64,000 nt of DNA. Origin: Anthoceros angustus. Taxonomy: Eukaryota > Plantae > Anthocerotophyta. Shown here piece by piece: positions 22,452 to 34,575 of the stretch (its first letter is position 1; the number at the start of each line of letters is the position of its first letter). Below the pieces are notes generated by a model. It was not told the origin of the DNA. It saw nothing but the letters and a program-made list of their open reading frames with translations, and searched no databases. The translations under genes and the position numbers were made by a program. The stretch lies in assembly GCA_010909165.1 (NCBI GenBank), contig VJWM01000063.1, positions 1-64,000 on the forward strand, written 5' to 3'.

Positions 22452-24269
22452 ATGGCGGCCACGGAGCAGGTGAAGGCTTGGCTGGCCCGATTCCAGGAGG
22501 CGCTGCAGGAGCAGCAAGTGGAAGCCGCGGCGGAGCTGTTTCAGGAGGATCGATGCTACTGGAGGGATCTGCTCGCCTTCACCTGGAACATCTACACCGC
22601 GGAATCCCGCGCAGACATCGTCGCCCTGCTCACGGCCACGCTGCCCGTGGTGAAGCCGCAGCAGTGGGAGGTGGTCGGGGAGGCGGTGGAGGCGGATTCC
22701 GACGGCCTGCCCGTCTTCCAGGCATTCATCCGCTTCGAGACGGCCGTGGCCCGGGGCCGCGGCGTGGTCCGGATCGGCAAGGTTTCCGGGAAGTGCCAGA
22801 CTCTGCTCACGGCCGTGAAGGAGCTCAAAGGCCATGAAGAGCAGGCCGGGCCTCGGCGGCCCAGGGGCACGGCGGAGGGAGCTCTCCGCGGCCGGAAGAC
22901 ATGGCTGGAGGTGACGGCTGCCGAGCGCGCCGAGCTCGGCTACAGCACGCAGCCTTACTGCGTGATCGTAGGCGGCGGGCAGGCCGGGATCGTACTGGGA
23001 GCTCGCCTCCGCCGCCTGGGAGTGAGCTGCATCATCTTGGAGAAACAGGCGCGGTCGGGGGATTCCTGGCGCTCCAGATACAAGTCCCTCTGCCTTCACG
23101 ATCCCGTCTGGTTCGATCACCTGCCCTATCTCCCGTTCCCGGACAGCTGGCCTATCTTCTCCCCGAAGGACAAGATGGCGGACTGGCTGGAATGCTACAC
23201 CAAGATCATGGAGCTCGACTATTGGACCTCCTCGGAGTGTAGATCCGCGAGCTACGATGAAGCGGGATCGCGCTGGGAGGTGAAGGTGGTGCGGAAGGGT
23301 GGAGATGGCGAGAAGGAAGACGAGATCGTCACTCTCCGGCCCGCGCATCTGGTGCTGGCCACCGGCATGTCTGGAATTCCTAACATTCCGAGCATCCCTG
23401 GCGCGGATTCCTTCCAGGGCGTGCTCTGCCACAGCAGCGGCTATGGCGGCCCGGAGAAATTTGCCGGGAAAAAGTGCGTCGTGATCGGATGCAACACTTC
23501 CGCGCACGACATCAGCGCGGATCTGTGGGAGGCCGGCGCCGAGGTGACGATGGTGCAGCGCAGCGAGACGCACATCGTGCGCGTCTCGACGATCATGCAA
23601 ACCATAGCCTCGCTGTACGGTGAGGAATCCCCCTTCCCCGTTGAAGACGCCGACCTCATCTTCGCGTCCACGCCGTATGCGATCTGGATGCGGACGCTGG
23701 CCGGGGTCGCGGAGTGGGTCGCGCAGACGGACGCCGACCTCTATGCGAGGCTGAAGAAGGCGGGGTTTCTGGTCGGACCGGGGGACACCCGCGGGGGACT
23801 GTTCGGCGGCTACCTCACGCGGGGGTCCGGGTACTACATCGACGTGGGGGCCTCGGACCTGGTCGCTGACGGAGAGATTAAGCTCAAGAGCGGGGTGGGC
23901 GTGAAAGAGCTGACGCCCGAGGGCGTGCGACTTTCGGACGGCGACCACCTGCCGGCGGAGCTGGTTGTGTACGCGACCGGGTATGGCTCCATGACGGGCT
24001 GGGCGGAGAAGCTCGTGTCGAAGGAGGTGGCGGACAAAGTGGGAAGAACCTGGGGTTTAGGATTCGGGACTGCGAGGGACCCGGGGCCGTGGGAAGGCGA
24101 GCTGCGGAACATGTGGAAGCCGACCCGGCAGCCGGGGCTGTGGTTCCATGGTGGCAATCTGCAGCAGGACAGGTTCTACTCCCTCGTTCTGGCTCTGCAG
24201 ATCAAGGCGCGCAAGGAAGGTATCTCGACCCCGGTTTACGGGATGGCAAAGGAAAGCTATGTCCGCTGA
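22452..24269 (+). CDS. Class B flavin-containing monooxygenase, type II FMO-like, with N-terminal SnoaL/NTF2-like extension; intronless CDS
   Basis: 605 aa ORF: YWRDLLAFTWNI extension, FAD motif GGGQAG, GDSWRSRYKSLCLHDP, FQGVLCHSSGY (FxGxxxHSxxY), VIGCNTSAHD, VYATGY, DPGPWEGELRNMWKPT. Confidence 0.93.
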   Translation: MAATEQVKAWLARFQEALQEQQVEAAAELFQEDRCYWRDLLAFTWNIYTAESRADIVALLTATLPVVKPQQWEVVGEAVEADSDGLPVFQAFIRFETAVARGRGVVRIGKVSGKCQTLLTAVKELKGHEEQAGPRRPRGTAEGALRGRKTWLEVTAAERAELGYSTQPYCVIVGGGQAGIVLGARLRRLGVSCIILEKQARSGDSWRSRYKSLCLHDPVWFDHLPYLPFPDSWPIFSPKDKMADWLECYTKIMELDYWTSSECRSASYDEAGSRWEVKVVRKGGDGEKEDEIVTLRPAHLVLATGMSGIPNIPSIPGADSFQGVLCHSSGYGGPEKFAGKKCVVIGCNTSAHDISADLWEAGAEVTMVQRSETHIVRVSTIMQTIASLYGEESPFPVEDADLIFASTPYAIWMRTLAGVAEWVAQTDADLYARLKKAGFLVGPGDTRGGLFGGYLTRGSGYYIDVGASDLVADGEIKLKSGVGVKELTPEGVRLSDGDHLPAELVVYATGYGSMTGWAEKLVSKEVADKVGRTWGLGFGTARDPGPWEGELRNMWKPTRQPGLWFHGGNLQQDRFYSLVLALQIKARKEGISTPVYGMAKESYVR

Positions 24270-24313
24270 CGGGATCGTCCATACACAGCCGGTTGCCAGT
24301 GTGGCAGATTCCA

Positions 24314-27300
24314 CTAAGCAAAAGTTGCGAGGCCGATGACATCCGGCTCCTCGGACTTAGTCGGAAGGCGCCGATGGGCCGGACGACCTGCATCCCATCC
24401 AAGGTCGGAAGACCATCAACGATGGACGATAACAGCCTAGGTGTACAACTTTGCACGCAGCTTCCAGGCATAGACTTACTTGATAAATTCGAGACTGTGG
24501 TTGAACTCCTGGGAGGTGGCGGCAGCGCCTTCAGGCAGCTTCCCCCTGCTGAGAGTAGGAAACACTTGATGTATGCTTTTTCCTCCTTCAGGCCACGGCT
24601 TTGGGCCAGCTGTTGTCTCAGTGAATCCGCGTTCTCTTGCCTGAATTCGGGTAATCTAGAGAGAACCTGCCCACAGAAATATCCTGTGATTTAGCAACCG
24701 TGCCCATCTCCAATGCAAGGCAGGGGAAAGACGTAGAAGGTCTTTAAGAAGGTGGGTACCTGCCAGGGAGCTGAATCCGCACTGGGGTAATTGACCAGAA
24801 AATCCCTCACCACACCGAGAAGGTTGGACTGCAATGTTGCATTCGACTCGCGGCTGAGGCCCTCGATCGCTGCAGCGAACATGTCTGTACTCACCATAGC
24901 TGTCAAATCTGTATTCACAACACCTGCCAAAATCGCAACCTCCGAACAGAAGTCTGCCGCTTTCTTCACCGAGTCCTGGTCCGGCCAAGTCAAGGCCTCC
25001 GCGGCTATGGATAGAGCAGCACGTGCAGCAGCTCCTCCACTTTTCAGCATACAGCTGCCACAACCCGCGACCTCCCACCCAGTCAGTGCTACAAACCAGA
25101 AACGAGCAACGGAAAATATGGCCACTTTTCATACAGCTGCCACAACCGGCGACCACCCACCCAGTCAGTTCTACAAACCAGAAACGAGCAACGCAAATTG
25201 TGGCAACATGCGAACACCACACAAACTCACCGCAATAGAGTCTCCTTCGTCTCCTTTGCTGCTGAAACAGGGACCTCTGTCAGACTACGTGGCTCCCCTG
25301 TGGGCGTGGCTGTCAGCCTAAGCAGCCCACAAATTTCCCTGCTCAGATCTCGCAACATCTTCTCTGCGATCACTTCCATCGCGGCAGCGTCCACTGATCC
25401 ATCAGAGGCCGCAGCTTCCAGCCATTTGCCAGGAACTTTCATAACCCCTGTTTCCATGAATTGCCGCCATGACCTGGATAACTGCGCCTGGCAGCATAAA
25501 AAGACTGGAGGCAAAAGGGTCACCATCCAAGGGTCCCATTTTGCACTTGGACATGCCGCGACCATTGGAACCATGACTGTATGCAGTAGTTGCCGGCAAT
25601 GGTGGAACTCCATATACGCCAGGCTTTCAGTCAGCGCCCTGGACAAAGCTGCAGCTCGTTGATCTGCATCATTGAAGAATTCCATAGGTACGCGAGATGC
25701 TGCACGCGACAGGATGTTATACCTGTCAAAGAACCAGGGACAGTAAAGTCAGCAAACCACCAAGAGGAGCTTTCCTGTTTACGTCCGTCTACAAACCTGA
25801 CAAACCCTTCTACATGGCATGTTCAAAGGTCAAATAGGCTTCCAGCCGATCCCAGTGCTACACTTTGTGACATACCCGCTCTCGCGGACACCCCTCAACC
25901 AGTTTCTCATCTCGTTTTCTTTGTCCTCAATGCTCGTTCTGTTTTCCATGCTGCTACTGGTTTCCATGCTGTCAACTTCTCTCGATGACGATGTGGACCA
26001 GGAGTGAGCTGCAGGGTCTCCCAGAAGTGTAGCTTGCTGCGCTGCGCCCATTCCCAATGCAGCTCTAACGTGGATAAACGGCGCCGTGTCTGTATCTTGA
26101 GCCCACAAGGCATGTACACAACGAAGTAGCTGCATAGCCAATAATTCGGTATGATTGAAGATACCCAAGTAATAATACTTCAGGCAGAAAAGGAGTTGTT
26201 CCAGCCCAGCCTCTTACCTGAAGCAGTGGTGGCAGAATCCACTGCAACAGAGACGTTCCCAGATTCTCTCTCACTCCTCGACGTCTGCTTGTGCAGCGCC
26301 TCAATGCTTTATCAAAGAAGTTGACGGAATGAAAGATAGACCAAAGCTGCCCTTCACTTTTATTGCTGTCGTTTTGCAAAAGCAACTCCACTAGCGAAGC
26401 TGGACTGGACAGGTAACGCTCCTGCCATTCTTGTTGCACCCAAGTCTCTCTTAAGGGGCCAAGTAACCATTCGAAAACCTGCTTTTCTTGTTCCACTCTG
26501 TCCATCATAAACAGATGGTCATCAATCTGATACAGCGTCACATATGGAGCCAGATACATCTTTTGTCAGACAAATTTACCCAGCTGTGAGGCCAGCACAA
26601 AGAAGTGCTTCTCCTAGTAGGTTCAGCTCGCCCCGACTAATAAGTCCCTGTTGTCGTAAGCTAGTCATCGTCCCTGCAAATGCCTGCACAAGTCCTCAAC
26701 AAAGTCACAATCTGCAGTGAGACTCATGTGTTGCCTTACAATACAACTTAGTATGACCCCGCCACTCCAAAGGTCAGATGGACATGAAAAGAGACCACAG
26801 AACAAGCCAAAAAGCCCAAGCACCATATCCATGAGCAAACATGGCACAGCAGGTGACAACAGTCCTCAGACCTGCATGTGAGGCAGAAGAGCAGATCCTG
26901 CTGACTTTGCGAACCGAAGTATGGACGTGCAGACTCGGATGCGAACTCGAGAGTATTGTTGTGCCATTGTTGCCTCCTGAAACGAAACAAGTTAGCGACC
27001 ATCCAGCACTAGGTGCTACACATCCTTGAGTGCAAGATCATAGAACATATATTTATCAAGGCTTTAAGCAAACCAAACGGAACTTACAGTACTGCTAATT
27101 AACATCAGCACTTCAAACATCTTTTGAATAACCAATGATGTAGAGGTTGGAGAGTATTTCAAATAGGGCCCCATCGCTGCGAAGTAACGTCCATACATTT
27201 CCAAAAGAGGCGGATCTGCTGGGCGCATGGACAACAGCTTTTGCAGCAAATCTGGAAGCACTAAGTCAAGGACATTGTTGTTATACCCAACAGGAGCTTT

Positions 27301-30300
27301 TCAAAACAGGTCACTGAGTGGTAATATGTTTTCCTACCTTCCAGGATCCTCCCAGCATCAGCATGGAGCTTAGACGTCGACAAATTCAGTGGTGTCTCAG
27401 GAATTGAATCGACAACCGTTTCAAGCATCACGTGTGCACCTTCTAGCACTGCCAAATCCTAAGAGGCAGCAGAGGACAAGTAGCACAATTAACATCCACA
27501 GGAGGGATGGCAGCTCTACGGGGCCAACAAGCACCAGAAGACAAATACACCAATTTTAGTAGCAAACCCCTGTGCAGCCAAATCTCTCAGCATATCCACT
27601 CACTCCACAGGTCACAGCAACTCTTCATGGATACCACTTGATGAATCACATACCTTGTCAGACCAGCTGGTCAATGAGAAGAGACCGACAACTGTATACA
27701 CACATTGAGCCATTTTCACGGCTGATAGAAGAGGGGACCGACTCGATACAAGGCGGACAAGAAGAACCTGAAAACAGGCTCAGCACAAGCACGCCAATAA
27801 GGATAACTAAAAGGGAAAATGAGCTGCAACAGACAAAAACAGCTGCAGCAGCATCATCATACCAGCTGGCTGCGGTATTGGCCATAGTCATTTCGATTAG
27901 CAAATAGCTCAGGTGAAACCTCTTCAACAAGACTGCCTGTCCTAGTTCTGTCAGCATTCGTCTTCGACAGCCTTTGAAAGCTTATCTCCAACAGACAAGA
28001 ATAGTAATCTTCAGAAATAACAAAAAGCGAAGCCTTTGCATCTTTGCCCTCTACAGCACCATCTGTTGACGAGTCACGTAACAACATCTGCGAGCACACT
28101 CATGTTAAAGGAGAGGATACTGGCAAACTACAGACCCTGCAAAGAAGAAAAGGGAAAGAATGAGGATCACTACATACCAGCCACAGGGGTAGAGCCTGTG
28201 AGTGAACCGAGAACTTGGGATGCTGCATGAAGCCTAGCATCTACACAAATTGGAGGGTCAACCATCCAATACGAAAAGCCCAGTTACATCCAATACTCAC
28301 CATAACCTGTTAGACATTGTTTACTGAGAACTGAAGGTCAATCACAACTTCAGGACACTCACCTGGGTCAAATAGGTAGAGATTTTCAGGTCCTTGCCCT
28401 TGAGACAAACGAGATGGTGTGTACCAAAGGCAGCCATTGTTTCACATAAGCAATCCATGTAGTCCGGCTCACTCTGTGAGCTACCTTCTTGGCTAACCCC
28501 AATGTCACTGGCGTCGCCAAGCACACTCCCACATGCCTTGACCAGAGCGTCAAACACTTGAACCATGGCTGAGTCAAAATTAGGACCTGCATCACCTGGC
28601 CTTCGCCTGTACATAATACAACAGCTTACATTAATGAAGGCTTATAATGACAGACTCCATTCAAGGGACTGATGTGCTACAAAAAGCATGACCAGTGGTT
28701 ATGGACCTACTGAGTTCGAATTCCAGTCAGGTCTGGACAAAACAAGTGCTTCGGTCGTCTCTCCATGAATACATACCTTGATGATAGATGCTTCATAAAT
28801 TCACAAGCAGTGAGACAAAACTCCGCAGCAGCAAGCAGATACCCACACCTGGACATAAGCAACTTCCCTGATCAGGTCTCATGGAAGTAGTTGTCTACAT
28901 TGATTATGTTAGGACCACTGGAGAAACATGAGAAAGACCACAGACACTGAAGCATAGATGGAGACAAAAATGGACTCACGCTTCAATGAGGCCAGACTTG
29001 GCCAAGTCTTCAATGGGGGCCCACTCAGCGTAACACTTAGCAGCTTGAAGACAAGCTGTGACAGCAGCGCCATGTTGCTTGGCTAAGTCCAACTCATTTT
29101 GCTGCACTAGAGCCATGGCAGCACTGCATTCCTGGTCGAGAAGCTGTAAAACGGATGCAACTACTTAGCACCACAGCAAAGCCCATACTTCCTAACCTTC
29201 TTTGAAGAATATGAAGGCATGCAGACCCTATCTCACCTTATACAACAAGGCCAAGGTTTCAGGTAGACTAGAAGTAAGACCCTTGATCAAGAGTCTGCGA
29301 CGGATTCCTGAAACAGACAACACAAGGAGGAGTCATTCCTGTCAGATAGCAGACAAATATTTGCCTGCTATCTGTACACCAAGAAGCACAAAGCCAAGCT
29401 GTACAAGGTAACTAGATCGGTTTCAAACGTATCAAAGAACAAACTGACCGTCCAAATCATCACTAAAAAAAGCAACATCCTCCGGAAACCAGCGCAACAC
29501 CATGGCAACCAGCTCTGCCTGCAGAGGCAGTGACACTTCAGAATAAGTGGCATGCCTTTCTGAAGGAGGGAGAGAAGTGCTCTCCCACTAGATCAAGGAA
29601 AGAGATGAGTGGTGTTTTCCACTCACATGCACAGGACCTCTGGTGCTCAGGGCATGAAGAGTCGTGAACATATTGCTCCAAATATCTGGACCCTCCTTTC
29701 TGGCCACCTTCACGAAGCAGAGAAGAATCAGGCACAAAATCCAGGCGTCCACCCTTAGCGTGTGTGGATGCAGAACATAACCCGCAGACGACCTGCAAGG
29801 ATTCTTTACTTAGTCAGGACTAGTACGGATAACCACAAACGAAGCCAGACCTCAGCAACAAGCGAAGCATATTGACTCTTGAAATTCCACAGCTCCTCAG
29901 GCTTCGCCATGTCCTCCATCATTTGAAGCACAGCTGCACCTATCTGCATCCTCTCCGGCATGCTCAGCTGCTCCCAACGGCATCGAACCAGGTGCTGTTG
30001 TGGCGTAACACAGCAATCAGTGATGTGCAATTGCATACCATAATTCAACACACCCTTGCAACAAACACACTAAGTACGTTCGCACCTGCAGCATTTTGAA
30101 ACCCTGGTGCCGGATTTCTAAGCCTTGGCCACTTCTGGTCAGGGCGAATGCAGTGGATGCAACCAGATGCACCTCAGCAGTTTCCAGCTGTAACACAGAG
30201 GACCTTGCTTGTCAAAATTGGCAACAGCTGTGCAGCCAAATGAGAGGCAGAGGCTCGCCCTCACCGATTTCAGGAAGTCGGAAGCAGACTGCCGAGCCTG

Positions 30301-30375
30301 CTGAGACGAGCGGTGATCAAGCAGCATCATCACCGCCTGGGCGACAGCATCCGCTCCGCCTGCGCCTGCCATCAT
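24314..30375 (-). CDS. HST: HASTY / exportin-5 (multi-exon)
   Basis: N-terminal AVAQAVMMLLDHRSSQQARQSASDFL..SEIRHQGFKMLQHLVRCRWEQLS; NEMRNWLRGVRESGY; MEVIAEKMLRDLSRE; ALTWPD; spliced last exon ends EEPDVIGLATFA* (TAG at 24316-24314). Confidence 0.92.
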
Positions 30376-30832
30376 CTTGCTCCGCTCCACCAGGGTATAC
30401 AGGCAAGCCAATTCCAGTCCTGTCCTCTTCCTTCAAACAATTCCACCTCTCCACGCCAGCCCAGTGCAGCCCAGCACTTGATGCAGCTTTCAACTCTCGC
30501 GGACGATGGATTTAAACGCCATCGTAAAAGTTAGTGAGCCAAAGTACACGGGACCATGCATATATTGGAGGAGTCCAATTCGTACTCGAGATCGGAGTGA
30601 TTTTACGCTCCATGTGTATCATCCAAGGCTTCCCTTCTCCCCTTGGTTTTAGACTGAGCGAACCAGGTCCTTTCACTTGGCGAATCTGCCAGATGTTGGC
30701 CGTTAGCAGCAACCCGGCCCCGGATTCTTCAGCTCTTCCTGTAGAGTGTGCTTTAGGGACTGGGCACAAGAGAGGCAAGCTCAAGGTAGATTGCGGGCTG
30801 TACAGGAGCAGCTGCTGCTGTTGCCTATAGCC

Positions 30833-32652
30833 ATGACTTGTATCACCGGCTTGGTCACCCACACTCCCACTCCCTCCATGGGTGGCACAATCAGTCAGCA
30901 GCTGCATCTCGGCAGGGCTGGCTCTTTTGGCTTGCTGGGGGTCATGGGTTCTCCTTGTCTCATGCAGCGTAAGAAGCTGATTGGGTTGTGTAGGGCCCTG
31001 CAGACTGCGGCTATGGGGCAAGCTGCCAGCTCGGAGGACTTCTCGATGAGAATAGAGGTATTGTCATCCTCATTCCCCCCGTTTGTTGCCAGCCCACCTG
31101 CGCTTTTTGCTGGGTTTGGTTCCATTGTGGCTGAAGTGGGGGACAGCTTTGCAGACCAGGGAGGTGCAGCATACGCTCTCAAGGCAAGTGACGAGGTCAG
31201 GAGTAGGACTCCACTCTGGGGAGATGGCGGTGGTTAGGTTGCTGCCTGCTGCTGCTGGAGAGGGCAGGTACTTTGTTCCGATGGTTCACGGGAAGCCAGA
31301 AGTGACGGAGGATTTCAGGCTGCCTGCGTCCTTGGAGTATGTGAGGGAGACCCAGCTGAGCACATGCATTGGCAAAGGAAATGCCAGTGTGCGGACTGTG
31401 GAACATCTGCTGTCAGCTTTGGAAGGCATGGGTGTGGACAACTGCAGGATTGAAATCGAAGGTGGCATTGAGGTGGAATAGCTACCTTGAGGTCCTTGTG
31501 CAGCAGTGATGCATGAATGGATGTCTGTAAGTCTGCGGGGTGTTTGACGTGCGGTCATGTCATGACACGGCATGTGGTGGTGACAGGTCCCTTTGCTGGA
31601 TGGGTCTGCCCGTGACTGGGTAGAGGCAATCAACGAAGCTGGCCTCTCCATGGCTCAGGACAGCTCATCGGCTCCCTTGCAGAGGAAGGCTCTTGTCGTG
31701 CAGAAGCCTTTTGTCGTTCAGAACGGAGATTCTTTCGTTGCTGCTTTTCCTGCACCGTCCACACGTTTGACATATGGCATTGACTTCTCTCAGGTAGCTG
31801 TAGGAAATCAAACATGCCAGTTTGTGCTGTGCCATGCCGTGCCGCTGCTGCTGATAGGTCTCCTTTCCTGTTTTGTGACGTTCAGCTGAAAGTAGTTGGC
31901 AAACAGTGGTTTACATGGTGTCCGACTGACCACCCTCAAGGCTACCAGGTGGAGGTTGCTCCTGCACGAACATTCGGCATCTATGAGCAGGTCTTCTCCT
32001 TAAATTTTGTGTGTGAATGCGTGAGTGAGTGTGTGTGGATGTGAGAAGTGGTGTGTTATGCAACTGTGCGAACATCCCACTGTCATGCGTAAAGTGATTT
32101 GCTTACTCGGGGCCTGTACAAAATGCAGCCTTCATAAACGGCTCCAATCTGGCTGGGCCTTTACATTTTATGCAGATTGAACATCTTCGAGCATCCGGGC
32201 TTATCAAGGGTGGTTCACTGGATAATGCATTGGTGTGCAGGTCTGGTTCTGTTGCTTTTTTTGTGCTGTTTCAAGCTTTGCTTTGGTGTATGACGCAAAG
32301 CAATGCTTAAAATCGGTGGGAGCTAAGAGTGGTTGGCTGGCTTCTGGCTGACTGGCTTCTTTTGTTGTTGCAGCATGGAAGGTGGGTGGTTGAACCCCCC
32401 TCTTCGATTTCCAGAAGAGCCATGCCGACACAAGCTCCTGGACTTGATTGGGGACCTCGCTCTGTGTGGTGAAGACGGGCATCCCGGGCTTCCTGTAGGG
32501 CATATTGTTGCTTTCAAGGTGAGCTTTACTGTAGCGATCGTGGTGTGCTGGTCTTCGATAGGAGACTGATCGATTTACCATGCGTTTGTGACATTGTGCA
32601 GGCGAGTCATCAATTACATGTGAAATTCTGCCATGCCATTCTGCAATCCTGA
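30833..32652 (+). CDS. LpxC: UDP-3-O-acyl-N-acetylglucosamine deacetylase, plant organelle-targeted type (multi-exon; start codon uncertain)
   Basis: QHTL..V.RSGVGLHSG; TVEHLLSALEG; VPLLDGSA; VAPARTFG; HKLLDLIGDL zinc motif; ASHQLH. N-terminal extension and GT-AG introns. Confidence 0.95.
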
Positions 32653-32672
32653 ATGTGGAAGGCGTAAGACAG

Positions 32673-32774
32673 CAACCACCTGTGCACGAAAGCGCCCTGA
32701 TCCTGATGAACGCAAATCCCGTACAACCACCTGTGCACGAAAGCTCCCTGATGCTGATGAACGCAAATCCCGTA
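32673..32774. repeat. Two-copy ~51-bp tandem repeat in the LpxC 3' UTR
   Basis: caaccacctgtgcacgaaagc.ccctgat.ctgatgaacgcaaatcccgta twice. Confidence 0.85.
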
Positions 32775-33329
32775 CATTCACATCAAACATAGTACAATGC
32801 ATATCGATAACAGTTGAGTCAAACTGCTTTAGAGAAACCTAAGACTCTTTGCTATCACATCGAGACTTACACATGAATTCACAGCAAGGTTCCAAACTGT
32901 TTGAATGAATGTTGTCTCTCTGTGATGTTTGAGCTGGCCCCAATTGCACAGTTGCCTATACCTTGCGGCAATGATATTTGTCGTTTGTCTATTCTGTTCT
33001 ATTTGGTCCCGTTAATTAGGTGTATGAAGGATCCACTTTATGTGTTCAAGTTTCCTATGTCTGAATAGGTTATCAATTTTATGATGAATTTATCTTATAT
33101 TTATAATAATTTTTAGACTATATGAATTTGTAACTCTCTGTAAGGTCTATACTTTTTTATTTGTTTATTTATTTATTTGTTTGGCAATATGTAGCTGTGT
33201 GTGGCTGGTTTTGTGTGGTTGGTATCATTTAAGTCTAACACACATAATGTCTCCAATTCAAATGTGTAGAAAACCATTCGCAGGGCGGTTTCCAAACATT
33301 CTTCTTTTCACGCCTAGCAAGCTCCCGAT

Positions 33330-33851
33330 GCACTAAGTCCCCCTACCTCATTCACTTGCTGCACTTCACTAGGTCCCCCTACCTCATTCACCTGCTGCAT
33401 CTCACTAAGTCCCCCTACCTCATTCACCTGCTGCACATAAGTCCAACTCACTAAGTCCCCCTACCTCGTTCACTTGCTGCACCTTACTAAGTCCCCCTAC
33501 CTCATTCAGCAGCTGCACCTCACTAAGTCCCCCTACCTCATTCACATACTGTATCTCACTAGGTCCTCGTACCTCATTCACCGGCTGGACCTCACTAAGT
33601 CTCCCTTCCTCATTCACCTGTGCACCTCACTAAGTCCCCCTACCTCATTCACCGGCTACTCCTCACTAAGTCCCACTGGCTGTACCTCACTAAGTCCCCC
33701 TACCTCATTCACTGGCTACACCTCACTAAGTCCCCCTACCTCATTCAGCAGCTCCACCTCACTAAGTCCCCTACCTCATTCACCGGTTGTACCTCACTAA
33801 GTCCCCCTACCTCATTCACCCCATGCACTAGGTCTCCCTATCTCATTCACC
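33330..33851. repeat. 36-bp minisatellite, roughly 14 units
   Basis: Unit ctcactaagtccccctacctcattcacctgctgcac; gives 12-aa repeat ORFs (NEVGGLSEVQxx). Confidence 0.95.
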
Positions 33852-34575
33852 CGGTGCACGCTAGACTTCAATGGGAGTTATCCGCGTGGGACTACACATA
33901 TCGATTCAATTGCATTGTATCACTTTGTAAGGATACAATCTCTTTTTATTTTAAAAATATAATAAAAAATTCTAAATTATATTATGGATAAAACCTATAG
34001 GTGGTCATGTTGTGATAAACATAACATTAGTTGGAACTCTTATTACGTCAATTACATATATGGAAAGAACTTTACTTCCTACAAATTTGCTAAGAGGACA
34101 TGTTAGGACAAACATGACATTAGTTGAAACTTTTAATACACCAATTACATGGAATGGACTTTTCTTCCTGCAACATGGCTATGAAGACTGTATGATAGCC
34201 TAGAAAATGGTATGCGGATTCTTCTTGTAGTAAATCATACTATATTTCACACGTCAATGCATATGGCTCACATATTCATTGTTGTTTGATGAGATCTAAA
34301 AGATAATTGAGTTAATTGATCATAATATTTAAATATATAATTAAAGTTTTAGCAACCATAAAATTTCTAGGTTAATTTTATAATTTTAAGGAATAATCGA
34401 TCTACTACAGCCTTATTGGATTTGGCTTGGGTGAACACACCGTGAACATGATCCCACCAAACAAAATCTTCACTGCCTTTGACATTTGAGTGTGGAAGCT
34501 CTATCCTATATATTCTTCCACCATAATATGTAGCATTTATGTATCCGCTGTAGGTGTAGGATTTGAGGAATTATC

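Noticed and set aside
22347-23948. 533-aa antisense ORF over the FMO
   Set aside because: Shadow ORF expected from strong G/C third-position bias; no recognisable motifs.
30833-32652. LpxC as bacterial contamination or recent transfer
   Set aside because: It has spliceosomal introns and a targeting-like extension; nuclear lipid A pathway genes are established in plants.
32673-32774. Hammerhead ribozyme (ctgatga...cgaaa in a tandem repeat)
   Set aside because: Stem II cannot close between CTGATGA and GAAA, and no stem I/III with a cleavage triplet was found.
33330-33851. CRISPR-like array
   Set aside because: Variable parts are ~12 bp and related to one another, there are no cas genes, and the context is eukaryotic; it is a minisatellite.
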